From assembly GCA_016195915.1 (NCBI GenBank), contig JACPYS010000055.1:516-64515 (forward strand): DNA of 64,000 bases, in the 5' to 3' direction. Each line of letters begins with the position of its first letter. Within the stretch, counting starts at the first letter, position 1. Position numbers and translations under genes: made by a program. Below the pieces are notes generated by a model, which was given only the letters and a program-made list of their open reading frames with translations, was not told the DNA's origin and ran no database searches. This DNA comes from Betaproteobacteria bacterium (GTDB taxonomy: Bacteria > Pseudomonadota > Gammaproteobacteria > Burkholderiales > SG8-39). Below, piece by piece: positions 63,631 to 64,000 of the stretch.

Positions 63631-63707
63631 TGGTGGCGAATCAGGGACTCGAACCCCGGACACACGGATTATGATTCCGCTGCTCTAACCAGCTGAGCTA
63701 ATTCGCC
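63631..63707 (-). tRNA. tRNA-Met (CAT), elongator type
   Basis: Reverse complement GGCGAATTAGCTCAGCTGGTTAGAGCAGCGGAATCATAATCCGTGTGTCCGGGGTTCGAGTCCCTGATTCGCCACCA: cloverleaf, CAT anticodon, paired G1-C72, encoded CCA. Confidence 0.93.
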
Positions 63708-63827
63708 AGGTTGACAAGGGTTGCCGAACGAGCCGGCGGGGGGCGAATTGTCGCTTTTTCGACCCGCCCAGGTCAAGCGTGCGGCGCGGCAGGCAAAGCT
63801 GCGCTCCCGTCGCGCTAGAATCGGCCG

Positions 63828-64000
63828 GTGGAACACGATCTCATCGTCGTAGGAGGGGGGCTGATCGGCGCGAGTTTCGCGCGCGCAGCGCGTGGCTCCC
63901 GGGTGGCGCTCGTCGATCCGGCCGCGCCTGCGTCGAGCGAACAGGCGAGGGTACCGGAGGATCTGGATTCCCGGATCTACGCGCTGAGTCCCGGCAGCGT
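63828..64000 (+). CDS. UbiH/UbiF/VisC-family hydroxylase, 5' part (truncated by window end)
   Basis: MEHDLIVVGGGLIGAS...DSRIYALSPGS. Confidence 0.8.
   Translation, partial: MEHDLIVVGGGLIGASFARAARGSRVALVDPAAPASSEQARVPEDLDSRIYALSPGS

Overview
High-GC betaproteobacterial chromosomal window. The right two thirds are mostly conserved housekeeping genes: hemA-prfA-prmC-grxD, argH, algZ/algR-like, hemCDXY, hemF, purD-purH-fis-dusB, ubiH-pepP-murU-amgK, lptD-surA-pdxA-rsmA, gloA, plsC-gmhB-glySQ-lnt-corC-ybeY-phoH-miaB and tRNA-Met. The first ~22 kb is accessory. The main finding is a selenoprotein system that the ORF track splits. Two tandem paralogous genes (4134-5834 and 5962-7659) each read through an in-frame TGA at codon 111 in a D-U-G-S-C motif. 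Each gives a ~565-aa fusion of a UGSC/GrdB-like domain with a conserved uncharacterised domain. Both TGAs are followed by the same pair of RNA hairpins (candidate atypical SECIS). The pair is divergent from an AhpF/TrxB-like disulfide reductase and a stand-alone selB with no selA, selC or selD in the window, and it is followed by two Bug/TctC binding proteins. Other notable items: two degenerate integron attC sites around toxin-antitoxin cassettes next to selB; an MBL-cNMP / thiol dioxygenase / tetra-rhodanese cluster; an MNT-HEPN + SWIM-SNF2 + Uma2 block; and a non-coding element built from a repeated TGCGCATAGT 10-mer with inverted ends, next to an orphan ABC binding-protein gene between rsmA and gloA. 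All family calls come from motif recognition by eye, not from database searches.
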